A stretch of 64,000 bases of DNA. It comes from an uncultured delta proteobacterium. Its GTDB lineage: Bacteria; Desulfobacterota; Syntrophobacteria; BM002. The position numbers and the translations under genes were made by a program. The notes under the pieces were generated by a model, which was not told the origin of the DNA, made no database searches, and saw nothing but the letters and a program-made list of their open reading frames with translations. The stretch is taken from contig CAVQGX010000031.1 of the NCBI GenBank assembly GCA_963712115.1, positions 224,001 to 288,000 on the forward strand. Reading direction: 5' to 3'. Positions 29,741-39,953 of the stretch are shown here, piece by piece; positions within the stretch are counted from its first letter, which is position 1, and each line of letters begins with the position of its first letter.

Positions 29741-30639
29741 GTGCTCCTGTGCCCTTCGAGTATGTTGTTGAGCCCGTCTCCCAGGAGATGAAAGCCCAAG
29801 ATGGTGAACAGGATGGCGAGAGCTGGCGTGGTCGAGAGCCAGAATTTGCCCTGGAGAAGATAATTGGCCCCGGACTGCACCATGTTTCCCCAGGATGGTA
29901 CCGGCTCTTGCACGCCGAAGCCAAGATAGCTCAGACTGGTCTCGACAAGAATGACCTCAGCCATCCCCAGCGTCGCCTGGATGATGAAAAGCGAGCGGCA
30001 GTTGTACCAGAGAATATGCTTGAAAACAATTACCCGATTCTTGAGACCAAGGGCGACGGCGGCCTCGATGAAATTTTTCTGCTTGAGAAAATTGATTTTC
30101 CCCTTGACCTGAGAGAGCACATTGGGGACGTTGGTCAAACCGACGATGATCATAATATAGTAGATATTAGGCTTGAAGGCGGCAATCACCAGGAGAATCA
30201 GAACAAGTCGCGGAAAAGAGTCAATGAGATTGGCAAGGTAGAGGACGGCCGTCTCCATGGCTCCGCCGCGATAGCCGGCCAGCACCCCGAAGAACGTGCC
30301 TAAGCTGATGCTGATAACGATGGCGAGCAAGCCGGGCACGAAGTAAGCCTGAATGCCGACGATGAGCCTGGCGAGGATATCCCGGCCCATGAAATCCGTG
30401 CCGAGAAGGTGGCCCGCAACTCCCGGTGGAGCCATAAGCAGCGACAGATTCATCTCCTGAGGGTCATGAGGGAGAAAGTTGAGGGCGCCCAGGATGTAGG
30501 ACAGCACCACGAGATTTACGATAAAGAGACCGTATCCCACATAGAGGAGATCTATGGCAGCGGCTTGCTTCCACAGGGGCCGGCTTGACAGATCGGTCAC
30601 AGTAAGTGACGCTTGCGAATACCGCTTCATCCCTGTCAT
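29737..30639 (-). CDS. ABC permease (OppC/DppC-like)
   Basis: HLLGTDFMGRDIL, FIEAAVALG, ETSLSYLGFG, PSWG. Confidence 0.92.
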   Translation of the reverse strand: MTGMKRYSQASLTVTDLSSRPLWKQAAAIDLLYVGYGLFIVNLVVLSYILGALNFLPHDPQEMNLSLLMAPPGVAGHLLGTDFMGRDILARLIVGIQAYFVPGLLAIVISISLGTFFGVLAGYRGGAMETAVLYLANLIDSFPRLVLILLVIAAFKPNIYYIMIIVGLTNVPNVLSQVKGKINFLKQKNFIEAAVALGLKNRVIVFKHILWYNCRSLFIIQATLGMAEVILVETSLSYLGFGVQEPVPSWGNMVQSGANYLLQGKFWLSTTPALAILFTILGFHLLGDGLNNILEGHRST

Positions 30640-31610
30640 CAACTTCCCTTCTCCTGAGATGCCCTCGGATTAACCATGATGTAAACCACTCTTTGAGTCA
30701 GGGTGCCGAATCGAACGAAGAGTGCTGCAACAACGGCAATCCCCATTATGACCGGATAGTCCCTGTCCAGGGCGGCCTGCCAAGCCATTCTTCCCATCCC
30801 GGGCCAGTTGAACACCTGCTCCACCACCACTGCACCACCTAGAATAAAAGGAATCTTGGAGGCAATGATTTCAGTTATGGGGATGAGGAATCCTTCTTTG
30901 AACGCATGGCGCCAGGGGGAGGCTCCCTTGGCGCGAGCGGTGCGAACGTAGTCTTCTCGCAAAACTCTGCCCATTTCATCCCGGAGGTGACGAACCACCT
31001 CGCTGATGGTGCCATTACCGACTCCCAGCACCAGGATGGGCAGGAGGAAGAAAAGTAGGGTCAACTCCCGCTCGCTGGAATAACCATAAAGGATGGGAAA
31101 CAGCTTGAACTGGTGGATAAAAATGTAGATAAACACATACCCCAACCAGAAAACCGGCAGGGCTGAGACCAGGTAAGCGAACATGGTAAAGGGCCAATTG
31201 AGCGGGGTGTCTCCCCGCTGTGCCGGTGACAGGGCAATGGGCACCGCAATGAGAAGTGTCACCAGCATAGAGCCTACAGTCAGATATAGGGTGTTGATCC
31301 CCACCCGGACAATCTCTTGCAGAACCGGAAGCCCGGTGCGGATCGAGGCACCGAAATTTCCCTGCAGCATGTTTCCCAGCCAGAGAAGATACTGGGAGTA
31401 CCAGTGCTCCGGCACCCCCAGAGCCGTACGAAGCTGCTGCTGCGCCTCAGCCGTGGCTATCTGTCCTTCCAGCAGCAAGCTAAATGGATCTCCGGGTGAG
31501 AAATAGAGGACGAGGAAGACTACGAAGCTCACGCCTAGAAGGAGCAGTGCCGTGAGAGCAAGCTCCCTGAAAAGCTGCTGAGCGACAGGTCTTACGAAGG
31601 ATAGTCTCAT
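30639..31610 (-). CDS. ABC permease (OppB/DppB-like)
   Basis: SPGDP, EDYVRTARAKG, VVEQVFNWPGMG, RDYPVI. Confidence 0.92.
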   Translation of the reverse strand: MRLSFVRPVAQQLFRELALTALLLLGVSFVVFLVLYFSPGDPFSLLLEGQIATAEAQQQLRTALGVPEHWYSQYLLWLGNMLQGNFGASIRTGLPVLQEIVRVGINTLYLTVGSMLVTLLIAVPIALSPAQRGDTPLNWPFTMFAYLVSALPVFWLGYVFIYIFIHQFKLFPILYGYSSERELTLLFFLLPILVLGVGNGTISEVVRHLRDEMGRVLREDYVRTARAKGASPWRHAFKEGFLIPITEIIASKIPFILGGAVVVEQVFNWPGMGRMAWQAALDRDYPVIMGIAVVAALFVRFGTLTQRVVYIMVNPRASQEKGS

Positions 31611-31622
31611 GGTTCAGATTAA

Positions 31623-31649
31623 ACAGGGCCCTCCTGAGGAGGGCCCTGT
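31623..31649. terminator. Perfect hairpin between SBP and permease genes (terminator or mRNA stabiliser)
   Basis: ACAGGGCCCTCCT-G-AGGAGGGCCCTGT. Confidence 0.6.
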
Positions 31650-31672
31650 GAAAGGACATGCCACAGCAAGGA

Positions 31673-33292
31673 CTAGCGTTGCTCTTGCTCCGGTATGTAC
31701 CACCTGTCGGAAAAAGAGAAAAACTTGTATGGATGGATGGCCACGTGGCGGAGTTTGTGGTGATAGGCGGCATAGTTCGTCAGCGTCCACAGGAAAGTGT
31801 ATGGACATTCTTCCGCCAACAGAGAGTGGAGTTTGCGGTAAATGGTTCTCCGCTTCTCGTGGTCGAGTGTCAGCTTACTCTCTACGATAAGACTGTCTAT
31901 TTCAGGATTTGAATAGCCGCCGAAATTGTTCCGCCAGGGGCCGATCTCGGACGAATGAAACAGGGAGGTGATGTCGGCGGAGTCATCAAACACCCAGGAG
32001 GCAAACACCACATCGAAGTCGTGTTTGAGAAAAACGTCCTCTTTCCAGGCCAGCCATTCCTTGAACTCTCCCTTTATCTCTACCCCGATTTTGCCAAGAT
32101 AATTCTGGAACGCCAGGACAACTCGCTTTACTCCTTCGCTCTCTTTCTCTATGGGAACTTTCAGAGCCAGCGATAGTTTCTTCCCATCTCTCTGCATTAT
32201 ACCGTCGTCACCTTTGGTGAATCCGGCTTCCTCCAACAGACTAATCGCCTTTTGCGGTTCGAAAGGCAGAGGCTCAACATCAAGATTATAGGCCCAGCTT
32301 CCTGGAGCAAAGGGACCGGAAATGATGGTGCCCTGGCCATTGAAAAATGATCCGAGCATTTCCTGCCGGTTTACCGCATAGGTGATTGCCTGCCGAACCC
32401 GCTTGTCGGCCAGCAGCGGATTTCGGACGTTATAGCCAAAAAACGAATAAGACAAGGCGTTGTACGGCTGCAGGACCAATCGTTTGTCGCCCTGTATCTG
32501 AGGTATATCTCGCGGGTTCACCAAGACAATCATATCGATGGCATTGAACATCAGAGCCTGGCTCATGATATTCTGGTCGGCGAAAGGTCGGGCCAAGATT
32601 TTGTCAAGGTGGGGGCGACCACGGTAGTAATTCTCGTTTGCCACCAGTATGACTTCTCCGTCGGCGGTGATATTTTTGAGCATATAGGGACCGGTGCCAA
32701 TGGGCTTGTGGACAAAAGGGTCTTCCCGCGTGAGAAATTCATGATTTTCGGGCCCATGCTGCGGAATTATCTTGAAACTGAATTTGGCAAGTCCATTTAG
32801 AATTGGTCGTTTCAAAGTCAACTGCACGGTGTAATCATCAACCTTGACGACACTTTCGATAAACTCATAGCGGACCTTAAGTGGGGTAATGGTTTGAGGA
32901 TGCATCATGATATTGTAAGTAAAGATGACATCGTCAGCGGTAAACGGTCGCGGCTCTTCTCCTTCCTTTGCATGCCAGGTCACGTCCTGGCGCAGGTAGA
33001 AAGTGTAGGTCAGGCTGTCATCGGAAATATCCCAGCGCTCGGCCAAATCCGGGACGATCTCCTGCTTTTCATCTATACCCACTAGACCGTTGAAAATGAG
33101 TTCGCTGATTCGCAATGAAATCATGTCGTTGCTGGTTATAGGATCCAATGTCGCCGGCCTGCCGTATTCACCGTAATTCAGCGAACCTCCCTGAGGAAAG
33201 CCGTCGTTTTTGAGAGCCGCCTTTCCTTGGGGCAGCAGCAAGACAAAAATGGCCAAAGAAACAATAAAAAAAACAGTCGCTAGCCTTCTCAT
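31673..33292 (-). CDS. Family 5 ABC substrate-binding protein
   Basis: TLDP, PDLAERWDIS, FTADDVIFT, PIGTGPY, VRQAI; signal peptide; GAGGAGG RBS before ATG 33292. Confidence 0.92.
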   Translation of the reverse strand: MRRLATVFFIVSLAIFVLLLPQGKAALKNDGFPQGGSLNYGEYGRPATLDPITSNDMISLRISELIFNGLVGIDEKQEIVPDLAERWDISDDSLTYTFYLRQDVTWHAKEGEEPRPFTADDVIFTYNIMMHPQTITPLKVRYEFIESVVKVDDYTVQLTLKRPILNGLAKFSFKIIPQHGPENHEFLTREDPFVHKPIGTGPYMLKNITADGEVILVANENYYRGRPHLDKILARPFADQNIMSQALMFNAIDMIVLVNPRDIPQIQGDKRLVLQPYNALSYSFFGYNVRNPLLADKRVRQAITYAVNRQEMLGSFFNGQGTIISGPFAPGSWAYNLDVEPLPFEPQKAISLLEEAGFTKGDDGIMQRDGKKLSLALKVPIEKESEGVKRVVLAFQNYLGKIGVEIKGEFKEWLAWKEDVFLKHDFDVVFASWVFDDSADITSLFHSSEIGPWRNNFGGYSNPEIDSLIVESKLTLDHEKRRTIYRKLHSLLAEECPYTFLWTLTNYAAYHHKLRHVAIHPYKFFSFSDRWYIPEQEQR

Positions 33293-33399
33293 AATCGCCT
33301 CCTCAAGCGAGAAGCTTCCTTGTCTCGTTCTCAATTAAATGTTGCTCTTTTCGATATTTCTCTCCTCGGTCCGACCACAACAGTCATTGCCAACATAAG

Positions 33400-34899
33400 C
33401 TAAAAAAGTTTGGCATCCCCGGCACTCTTCTGTTCCATGGCATACACGCCCTGCATGGAGACCTGTATTTGGCGTACTGCCGGAAACTGATTACGCATGC
33501 CGAAATAGATCTCCAATGCCTCGGAGAATCTCTTGGAGCGATAATATGCCTCCGCCAAATTGATCAGCATGAGCGGATCATTATATTCGATCTTGTTCTT
33601 GTTGCTCTTGTCCCTTACCGTTTCCATACATGCTATAGCTTGTTCGTATTCGTGTGTCCGCAGATAATACCTGCCGAGGGCATAATGCAACGTTTCTAAT
33701 TTCTTTCCATCGATGACCTCAACCAGAGTGGTTGCCTTTCTAGCGATCTCTGAGCACTCGAGATTGAGTCTGTTGCATGCTAGTAAGGTATCTGCCAGAA
33801 GATGAGGCTCTTGTTGCTGCCCGGTAGAATCTTCCAAATGCATCTGTGACTGCCGTCCGCCGCTCTGCCAAAAACGAGCAACCCCATGAAGAAGCTCCGC
33901 CTTTTCTCTGTAGGGTGAAGGTAGTAGTCCCGATGCAAGAGCATCATCGAGAATCTCGATGGATTGGTCTATATGGCCGAATCTGGCCTCAGCTTCTGCT
34001 AGGTAGTACTGTGCCACTCCTTTTATTTTTTCATCTGTTGTTGCTTTTTCCAGATATTCCAGACTTGCTCTACCATAGAGAACTGCAAGATTGTCCAGCA
34101 AAGATGGATCGTAAAACCGGACAATCTTGTTCTTTCCTATGGTCTCTTCATGGAAAAAGCCACTCAGGTCTGTGCTTTTGATCAAGCGTAATCCTTTGTC
34201 TATTTGTCCTTCCCTGGCATAGACGGTGATGAGGTTGTTTGCCAGGCGAATTGATAAACCCTGTTGGATTTGCTTCATCACTTGCCTGATTTGCTCTCCC
34301 ATTGCCAAAGGTTTTCTCTCTGCAAGTCCTAGCCTGCTGTAGGCGGCGGCAAGTTCCGACATCACTTCCGGGTCGGTTGTATCCACACTGCTCCAGAGTT
34401 CATCAGCATTCTTGTTTTTGCCCTGGAGATAGTAAGCCCTTGCCAGAGCGATTTTCGCCAGGGATCTATCTCTCGGCTCAATTTTTTTATCCTCTATGCA
34501 TGTCCGCAATGAAACTGCTGCTTCAGCCGTTTTCCCCGTATCTAGAAGTGACCGGCCCAGATACAGCTTGGCATAGTGGCTGCCGTCTTCCTTGTCGGAT
34601 GCTAAGAGCTTGCTGAGATAGTCCACCTGCACAGAAAGTGCTGTCCGATGAAGCTCTTGGTAAACTTGAGCGCAGGCCAAAAAAGTCATTCCGAGGCCAA
34701 GATAGAGCTTTCCCTGCTGGCTTGGTTCGGCCAGCCTCATGTGGGCCAAAAGGGTGGCAGAAGCGTCTTCATAGTGGTGCCTGTTGTAGGACTGCATACC
34801 CTCCCGTATAGGGTCGGCTGCCGCGGACAATGAGGCTTCCAGCACCAACGCTACGAGGCAACAGACAAACAATCCCTTTTTTAGGTTTGCACACATCAT
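33400..34899 (-). CDS. Exported TPR-repeat protein, unknown function
   Basis: Signal peptide; multiple TPR-like helices (YLGLGM, YYLAEA, HYALGRYY, NLAEAYY). Confidence 0.8.
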   Translation of the reverse strand: MMCANLKKGLFVCCLVALVLEASLSAAADPIREGMQSYNRHHYEDASATLLAHMRLAEPSQQGKLYLGLGMTFLACAQVYQELHRTALSVQVDYLSKLLASDKEDGSHYAKLYLGRSLLDTGKTAEAAVSLRTCIEDKKIEPRDRSLAKIALARAYYLQGKNKNADELWSSVDTTDPEVMSELAAAYSRLGLAERKPLAMGEQIRQVMKQIQQGLSIRLANNLITVYAREGQIDKGLRLIKSTDLSGFFHEETIGKNKIVRFYDPSLLDNLAVLYGRASLEYLEKATTDEKIKGVAQYYLAEAEARFGHIDQSIEILDDALASGLLPSPYREKAELLHGVARFWQSGGRQSQMHLEDSTGQQQEPHLLADTLLACNRLNLECSEIARKATTLVEVIDGKKLETLHYALGRYYLRTHEYEQAIACMETVRDKSNKNKIEYNDPLMLINLAEAYYRSKRFSEALEIYFGMRNQFPAVRQIQVSMQGVYAMEQKSAGDAKLF

Positions 34900-36480
34900 T
34901 TATTCTTTCAGCTCAGCAACATAAATACGGTCCCACTGCTCAACCTGGGCCCGATATGCCAGGATGCCATGTAATGAGCACACCACATCGTGGTTCATCT
35001 TGGTGCCGGTTTTTATGGCAAAGTTTGTCTTGGCCTCGATGTCAGCTATGTGTATGGGGTCAAATGCGTGTTCATCCTTTTTTACGTAGATGATTCTCTT
35101 GCTATCCGGCATCCAGGTGGGCCCTCTCTCAATATCCGGGACCACGTTGGTGGCCACAATCTTGTCAGCCAGAGTGTCCAAATCCCTTTGCCCCGACCCG
35201 TCGACTCCAATCACACCAATGGACCACACTTTGGGGTCGTTCTCGGTGTTGTAGTTGGTGTAAAAGGCTATTCTTTTGCCGTCCGGTGACCAAATGGGTC
35301 GCAGGTCATCATAGGCCCAACTCGTGAGGGGCCTCAAGGTCTCCATTGGTCTGCTGACGTCTTCCATGAGAAAAACGTCATGATTATCATTGCTTCCATA
35401 GATCATTACAATTTTCTTACCGTCTGGAGACCACTGGGGGTAAAGGTATGATTTCATCCCTCGAGTTAACTTTATGGTCTCCCCAGTTTCCAGCTTCAGG
35501 AGAAATAGATCAGCCTTACCCGTTCGACCGGAGACGAACACCAGCTCACTGGCAACGGGTGACCAGTGTGGGTGACTGTCTTTCTCGCTGTTCTCAGTCA
35601 GTCTTATGGTAGCCCCCTTTCCGAGTTCGGGAATTAGGTAGAGGTCATAGTTTCCTCGACCTCCATTGCTCATGAACACCAAACTGTTTTCATCGGGCGA
35701 CCAGGTGATGCCGGCGTTATAGCTCACCTCGTCAAAAACGCCGGGGAATAAGACATCCATTTCCTCAGCTTCCGGGGACGGACGGAAATAGATTCTTTGG
35801 ATAACGGTGCCATCCTTTCGGCAGACAATAATCTCCCTTCGGTCATTCGTACTCCGTTCAAAAGCCAGCAGTTCTCCCGAGGGGGACCACGAAGGATTTG
35901 AGTCATTGGCACCAAACTCCATGGCAGTAAGCGCTTGGACCCGCAATGGTTCAATTCCAGCCGGTTTCTTTTCTTTCACCTCCGGCTGGAAAAAGTCCTC
36001 TTCCACTGACCCTTCTTGAATATCGGTTTTTGCAACAACCTCTTCAGCCTGATCTCCTTCAGGTTCCGCCCCTTCAGGACTCTCCTTCACCTCGGAGTCT
36101 GCTGACAGGTTTGCTTGTCCACTAGAATCTTCTTCTGTCCGATTTCCTATCGACTCTCCGTCTACACCGGGATTTTCGGCTACCTGTTCCGGTTCCTCTC
36201 CCGATGACAGATCCGCCGGAGCGAAAGCATCCTCTCTACTGCTGGTCTCATCCTCCCTCTCGGAATCCACTTCCTTGCTTTCAACTTCCCCTCTATCTAG
36301 TTCAGTTTGCTCCGCCGTTGTTTTACCAGGCGGCCTTGACGGCTCGAAAACCTCTCCCTGTTGAGGATTCATCTCAGCGGCAGCATCAGATTGAGGAACA
36401 TTACCAGCCGAAACCCCGGTAGTCGCCAAAGCAAACATCACGAATACGAGGCCCAGACATCGGATTACCTTTGGTTGCAA
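34900..36480 (-). CDS. Exported TolB-like (PD40) beta-propeller with long acidic N-terminal linker
   Basis: Signal peptide; E/D/P-rich region; repeated PxWSP(D/S)G motifs. Confidence 0.85.
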   Translation of the reverse strand: MQPKVIRCLGLVFVMFALATTGVSAGNVPQSDAAAEMNPQQGEVFEPSRPPGKTTAEQTELDRGEVESKEVDSEREDETSSREDAFAPADLSSGEEPEQVAENPGVDGESIGNRTEEDSSGQANLSADSEVKESPEGAEPEGDQAEEVVAKTDIQEGSVEEDFFQPEVKEKKPAGIEPLRVQALTAMEFGANDSNPSWSPSGELLAFERSTNDRREIIVCRKDGTVIQRIYFRPSPEAEEMDVLFPGVFDEVSYNAGITWSPDENSLVFMSNGGRGNYDLYLIPELGKGATIRLTENSEKDSHPHWSPVASELVFVSGRTGKADLFLLKLETGETIKLTRGMKSYLYPQWSPDGKKIVMIYGSNDNHDVFLMEDVSRPMETLRPLTSWAYDDLRPIWSPDGKRIAFYTNYNTENDPKVWSIGVIGVDGSGQRDLDTLADKIVATNVVPDIERGPTWMPDSKRIIYVKKDEHAFDPIHIADIEAKTNFAIKTGTKMNHDVVCSLHGILAYRAQVEQWDRIYVAELKE

Positions 36481-36495
36481 ACGAGTCGTCTCCTT

Positions 36496-39195
36496 CTACT
36501 TCAGGTCTTTTAGCTGGGCCCAGTATTTTCTCGACGATTGACGAATCTTGGTAAATTCACTCTTTCCCTCGAGCTCCTTGGGGAAAAAGTCGAAGTACTC
36601 TTTCCAGGCCAGATCGGCTCTATCGAGAATCGCTTTTTTCTGAGTAACTAAAAAGAGTTTATGATAGGAGATGGCCTGGTAGTAATAGGTGTCATGCACC
36701 GCCTCTTGGTAATAATTGTTCGGGAAAAACCGAGTGTTTTGCTTTGCTATTTTCAGTTTTTCAAGTGCTTTGGCGTAGTTCGCCGCGGCAGCTTGTTTGT
36801 CTGTGTGAATGAGTTGATTTGCTTTCTCGTAGTAGGCATGCCCCAAATTGGTGTAGGTTACAGCAAATTGCTTATAGATTATTTGCTTGTTTTCAGGGAG
36901 AGACAGCACGTTTTCGAACTCACGGATGGCCGCATCGTAATCCTCTTTTTCATCCAGGTAGAGCTGGGCGAGCCTGTGGCGAGCATCTGAGTAGTCCGGA
37001 TGACCTCTTTCTGTGCTGGCGTAAGCCGCAATGGCCGCATCGATATTTCCATTCTGCTCGGCCATTCTGCCAATGTTCAGATAATCTTTGACGAGAGCAA
37101 TCCTGTCTGTTCCCGTACGATCAACTGTCGATTGATTGAATTCCAACACTTCTTCCCAGTCGCGATATTCGCCGCCCGCCGAGAGCTTCACTTTACGGAA
37201 TCCGAAGTTTACCAGCGTGCCTTCGAGAAGCGGGGTTCTACCCACCTCAACACCATCAACAAAAACGGCCGCCCCGGGAGGTACAGAATCTACCTTAAAC
37301 ATAGCATTGGCCACGTCCAGGGAAAACTCTTTGACTTCATTGCTTGCCTCAACCTTGAGCTTGTCTTGGAGCGGTTCGTAACCATATCGAGAGAGGAGCA
37401 GATCGTGCTCCCTGGAAAGACGCACAGGTACGACCGCGGTACCATCCGAACCGGTGGTTCCTACCCAGGTGTTATCTAGGTAGACGTTCACTCCCCAAAG
37501 TGGTCGTGAATTAGTTGAGGATCCAGCCCTGGCTGCCAAGATAAATGAATCCCTTGCGATATCCTCGAGATATACACGTCTGACAAGTTTAGATCCCAGA
37601 TTTATTTTCTCATTGTCGCTCAAGTTCACCAGCTCGGCCCAGGATGAATTTTCATCATTTTCATTGACAACAAGCAACCCGGCTTCGTGGTAACCAAGTT
37701 CATTTTTGCTTGGAGCGGTTGGCTCGACAGTCATGTACTTGAACTCGTTGCCACGTCTTATCTTGTAGTCGAGTCTTCCCAAGTTTATTAGGTAACGATC
37801 TTTTTCAGTGGCGATAACAGTGCCTTCGAAAGGGAACTGCTCTATGATATTGTTGACCACCAATTTGATGGTGTCCTCTACCTGCTTTTTTTTCATGACT
37901 TTGTTTATTTGACTCAGAAGCGTGTTTCCATCAGAGAAGTTGACCGTGCTTTCTATGGTCATTCCTTGATCATTCTTGGTGACACTTCCTGAGATGACCA
38001 TATCCACCGTGTCGATCAGTTTCGTCTGTCGCCACCCTTTTGTTGACATGGTCTCTAAATCAAGGGAAGCATCCATCATTACTTGCCGGAGTTTTGCCTT
38101 TGGTACTTCGACAAAACTGCCGTAAATGAAAAGATTATCACCTATGGCCTTTTCGATCGTGCCCACTACATCCGCCAAATCCTCCTCGGGGGTGTTGTTG
38201 ACATAGCCGTAAAGACCCACCCTGATCGATTTGGGTTTAACGGGATAAAAAATTCTCTCGATGCCCTGCTTGCCTAGCAGCTTGACCGTTGTCTTCCACT
38301 CCGCCGGAACATGGCCCGGAGCAGTGAGCTTCATTCCCACCTCTCGACCCGATTCGCCCCGATAAACATAGGTGAACTTGCCTTCTCTATTGGTTTTGCC
38401 CACCTGCTTATCATCGACACTCACAACCACATTTGGAATTCCTTCAGCAATCCCATAGGCCTCAGTGAAAGCTGAGACAGAAACCCTCGCGGTTTTGCCT
38501 GTCCGTCCCGTTTGTGCTTCTTTCGTTGACCGGCTTGGACTGGCTGATGCGTCTGACCCAAGGGGCTGCTCTACAGAGGACAGCGCAGCTTCAGTTTTTG
38601 CCGCTTCTCTTTTTCTGGTAAGAGAAGCCACTATGGTCTGACCCGGCTTCACTCTCACTTTCTTGCTCCAGGTGGTGTATCCTTTCTTTGAAACTTTGAA
38701 ATTCATTCCCTTCTTGGGCATGCTCTCATAGGTATGGACATACTCTCCAGCCTCGTCTGTCTTGCCCCTCTCTTTGCCATTGATTATTACAGAGACATTC
38801 TCCAGTGGCTCCCCCTCGTCTGAAACAACCAGGGTAAAATACTTGCTGGCTTTCAGGGAAGCATCGATGGCATAGGCCTCCGCACTCCCATCCTTGGGCA
38901 ACCTCACCACAAACGAATCCTTCCAGGGCTCGACCTGATACCCGGGAGCCTCCAGTCGAATCTCCACTGAGACCTCTTCCCCAGGCCGTCTCCATATCTT
39001 CTGGGTCAGATTTCCCTTGTCGTCGGTTAGGCCGGCTTCCATCCCATCCACGAGCACCTTGGCCTGGGACGCCGGCTCACCATCCAGCGTAGCCTGTACC
39101 TTTACCTCAAGCTCCGCCTTCTTGCCCATACCGCAACCAAAGATGAGAATCGACAAACAAAGGAAGAACAACATTTTCAGCTTTTCTTTGACCAT
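36496..39195 (-). CDS. Large multidomain lipoprotein (Ig-like repeats, CsgG/FlgT-like module, PEGA, TPR)
   Basis: Lipobox IFGC; four GxTxxxG beta-sandwich repeats; FPFEGTVI...YLINLG; DSVPPGAAVFVDG...GRTP (PEGA); C-terminal TPRs. Confidence 0.8.
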   Translation of the reverse strand: MVKEKLKMLFFLCLSILIFGCGMGKKAELEVKVQATLDGEPASQAKVLVDGMEAGLTDDKGNLTQKIWRRPGEEVSVEIRLEAPGYQVEPWKDSFVVRLPKDGSAEAYAIDASLKASKYFTLVVSDEGEPLENVSVIINGKERGKTDEAGEYVHTYESMPKKGMNFKVSKKGYTTWSKKVRVKPGQTIVASLTRKREAAKTEAALSSVEQPLGSDASASPSRSTKEAQTGRTGKTARVSVSAFTEAYGIAEGIPNVVVSVDDKQVGKTNREGKFTYVYRGESGREVGMKLTAPGHVPAEWKTTVKLLGKQGIERIFYPVKPKSIRVGLYGYVNNTPEEDLADVVGTIEKAIGDNLFIYGSFVEVPKAKLRQVMMDASLDLETMSTKGWRQTKLIDTVDMVISGSVTKNDQGMTIESTVNFSDGNTLLSQINKVMKKKQVEDTIKLVVNNIIEQFPFEGTVIATEKDRYLINLGRLDYKIRRGNEFKYMTVEPTAPSKNELGYHEAGLLVVNENDENSSWAELVNLSDNEKINLGSKLVRRVYLEDIARDSFILAARAGSSTNSRPLWGVNVYLDNTWVGTTGSDGTAVVPVRLSREHDLLLSRYGYEPLQDKLKVEASNEVKEFSLDVANAMFKVDSVPPGAAVFVDGVEVGRTPLLEGTLVNFGFRKVKLSAGGEYRDWEEVLEFNQSTVDRTGTDRIALVKDYLNIGRMAEQNGNIDAAIAAYASTERGHPDYSDARHRLAQLYLDEKEDYDAAIREFENVLSLPENKQIIYKQFAVTYTNLGHAYYEKANQLIHTDKQAAAANYAKALEKLKIAKQNTRFFPNNYYQEAVHDTYYYQAISYHKLFLVTQKKAILDRADLAWKEYFDFFPKELEGKSEFTKIRQSSRKYWAQLKDLK

Positions 39196-39284
39196 TGCTT
39201 ATACCTCCCAGCCAATCGACGGGATCACAGCTGACACCACCCCTATAATCTGATACATGCTCCTCAGTCTCAGATTCATTGGCA

Positions 39285-39734
39285 TTAGATCCCAGGCGGC
39301 TGTATGTTGACTTCTCCAGGATTAATGATTTTGTCCGCATCGGAGCTAGCACCAGCAATAGACCTACGCTTGCCTTCAGGAATTCTCTTGAGGGCAAACT
39401 CCAGCTTCTTGCTTGTGCTACCCCCTATCTCCACAGTCTGCGTTTCCGTCACATAACCAATCCTGCTGGCCTCAACCTTGTAGATACCTGGAGTTATTGT
39501 TTCTTCCTCAGACTCGAATTTGCCCTTCTCATCTGCTACGACCGAATGAGAGGCAGTCTCCACACTGACGGAGGTATTGATCATGTTTACCACGGTACCT
39601 TTAGGATTGTCGCCGGGGATTGGCTTCATGTCCTCATCCACGAGGTGTACTTTACCGTAGATCCTGGCGGAGCAGGCGGTGAGGAACAACAGCGCCAGGG
39701 CGATCAAAAACATTTGGGCTTTGCTGTAATTCAT
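39285..39734 (-). CDS. Lipoprotein with carboxypeptidase-regulatory-like beta-sandwich
   Basis: Lipobox LTAC; IYGKV...ADEKGKF...PGIYKVEASRIGY; AGGAG RBS. Confidence 0.8.
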   Translation of the reverse strand: MNYSKAQMFLIALALLFLTACSARIYGKVHLVDEDMKPIPGDNPKGTVVNMINTSVSVETASHSVVADEKGKFESEEETITPGIYKVEASRIGYVTETQTVEIGGSTSKKLEFALKRIPEGKRRSIAGASSDADKIINPGEVNIQPPGI

Positions 39735-39857
39735 GTGTCCTCTCCTTCTTGGCTAAAATGGGAAAAACTCACGTGCACTTAAGTTTCATCATAGGAGGAA
39801 ATTTTCATGAAAAGCTTGCTGCTATATCTCGATTATTCTCCGGCAACCAGAAAGATC

Positions 39858-39890
39858 AAGAAAAGAGGGTGCATCATATGTCACCCTCTT
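39858..39890 (-). terminator. Intrinsic terminator after the coiled-coil lipoprotein gene
   Basis: Minus strand AAGAGGGTG-loop-CACCCTCTT followed by TTCTT. Confidence 0.55.
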
Positions 39891-39953
39891 GTGCTAAAAT
39901 TGTTTATTGGTGAATCAAATGCCAGAAAGATGATCAGTTCCGTTTGTAGCGGT

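Noticed and set aside
39107-39397. 96-aa ORF bridging two lipoprotein genes
   Set aside because: Overlaps both real genes out of frame and has no recognisable features
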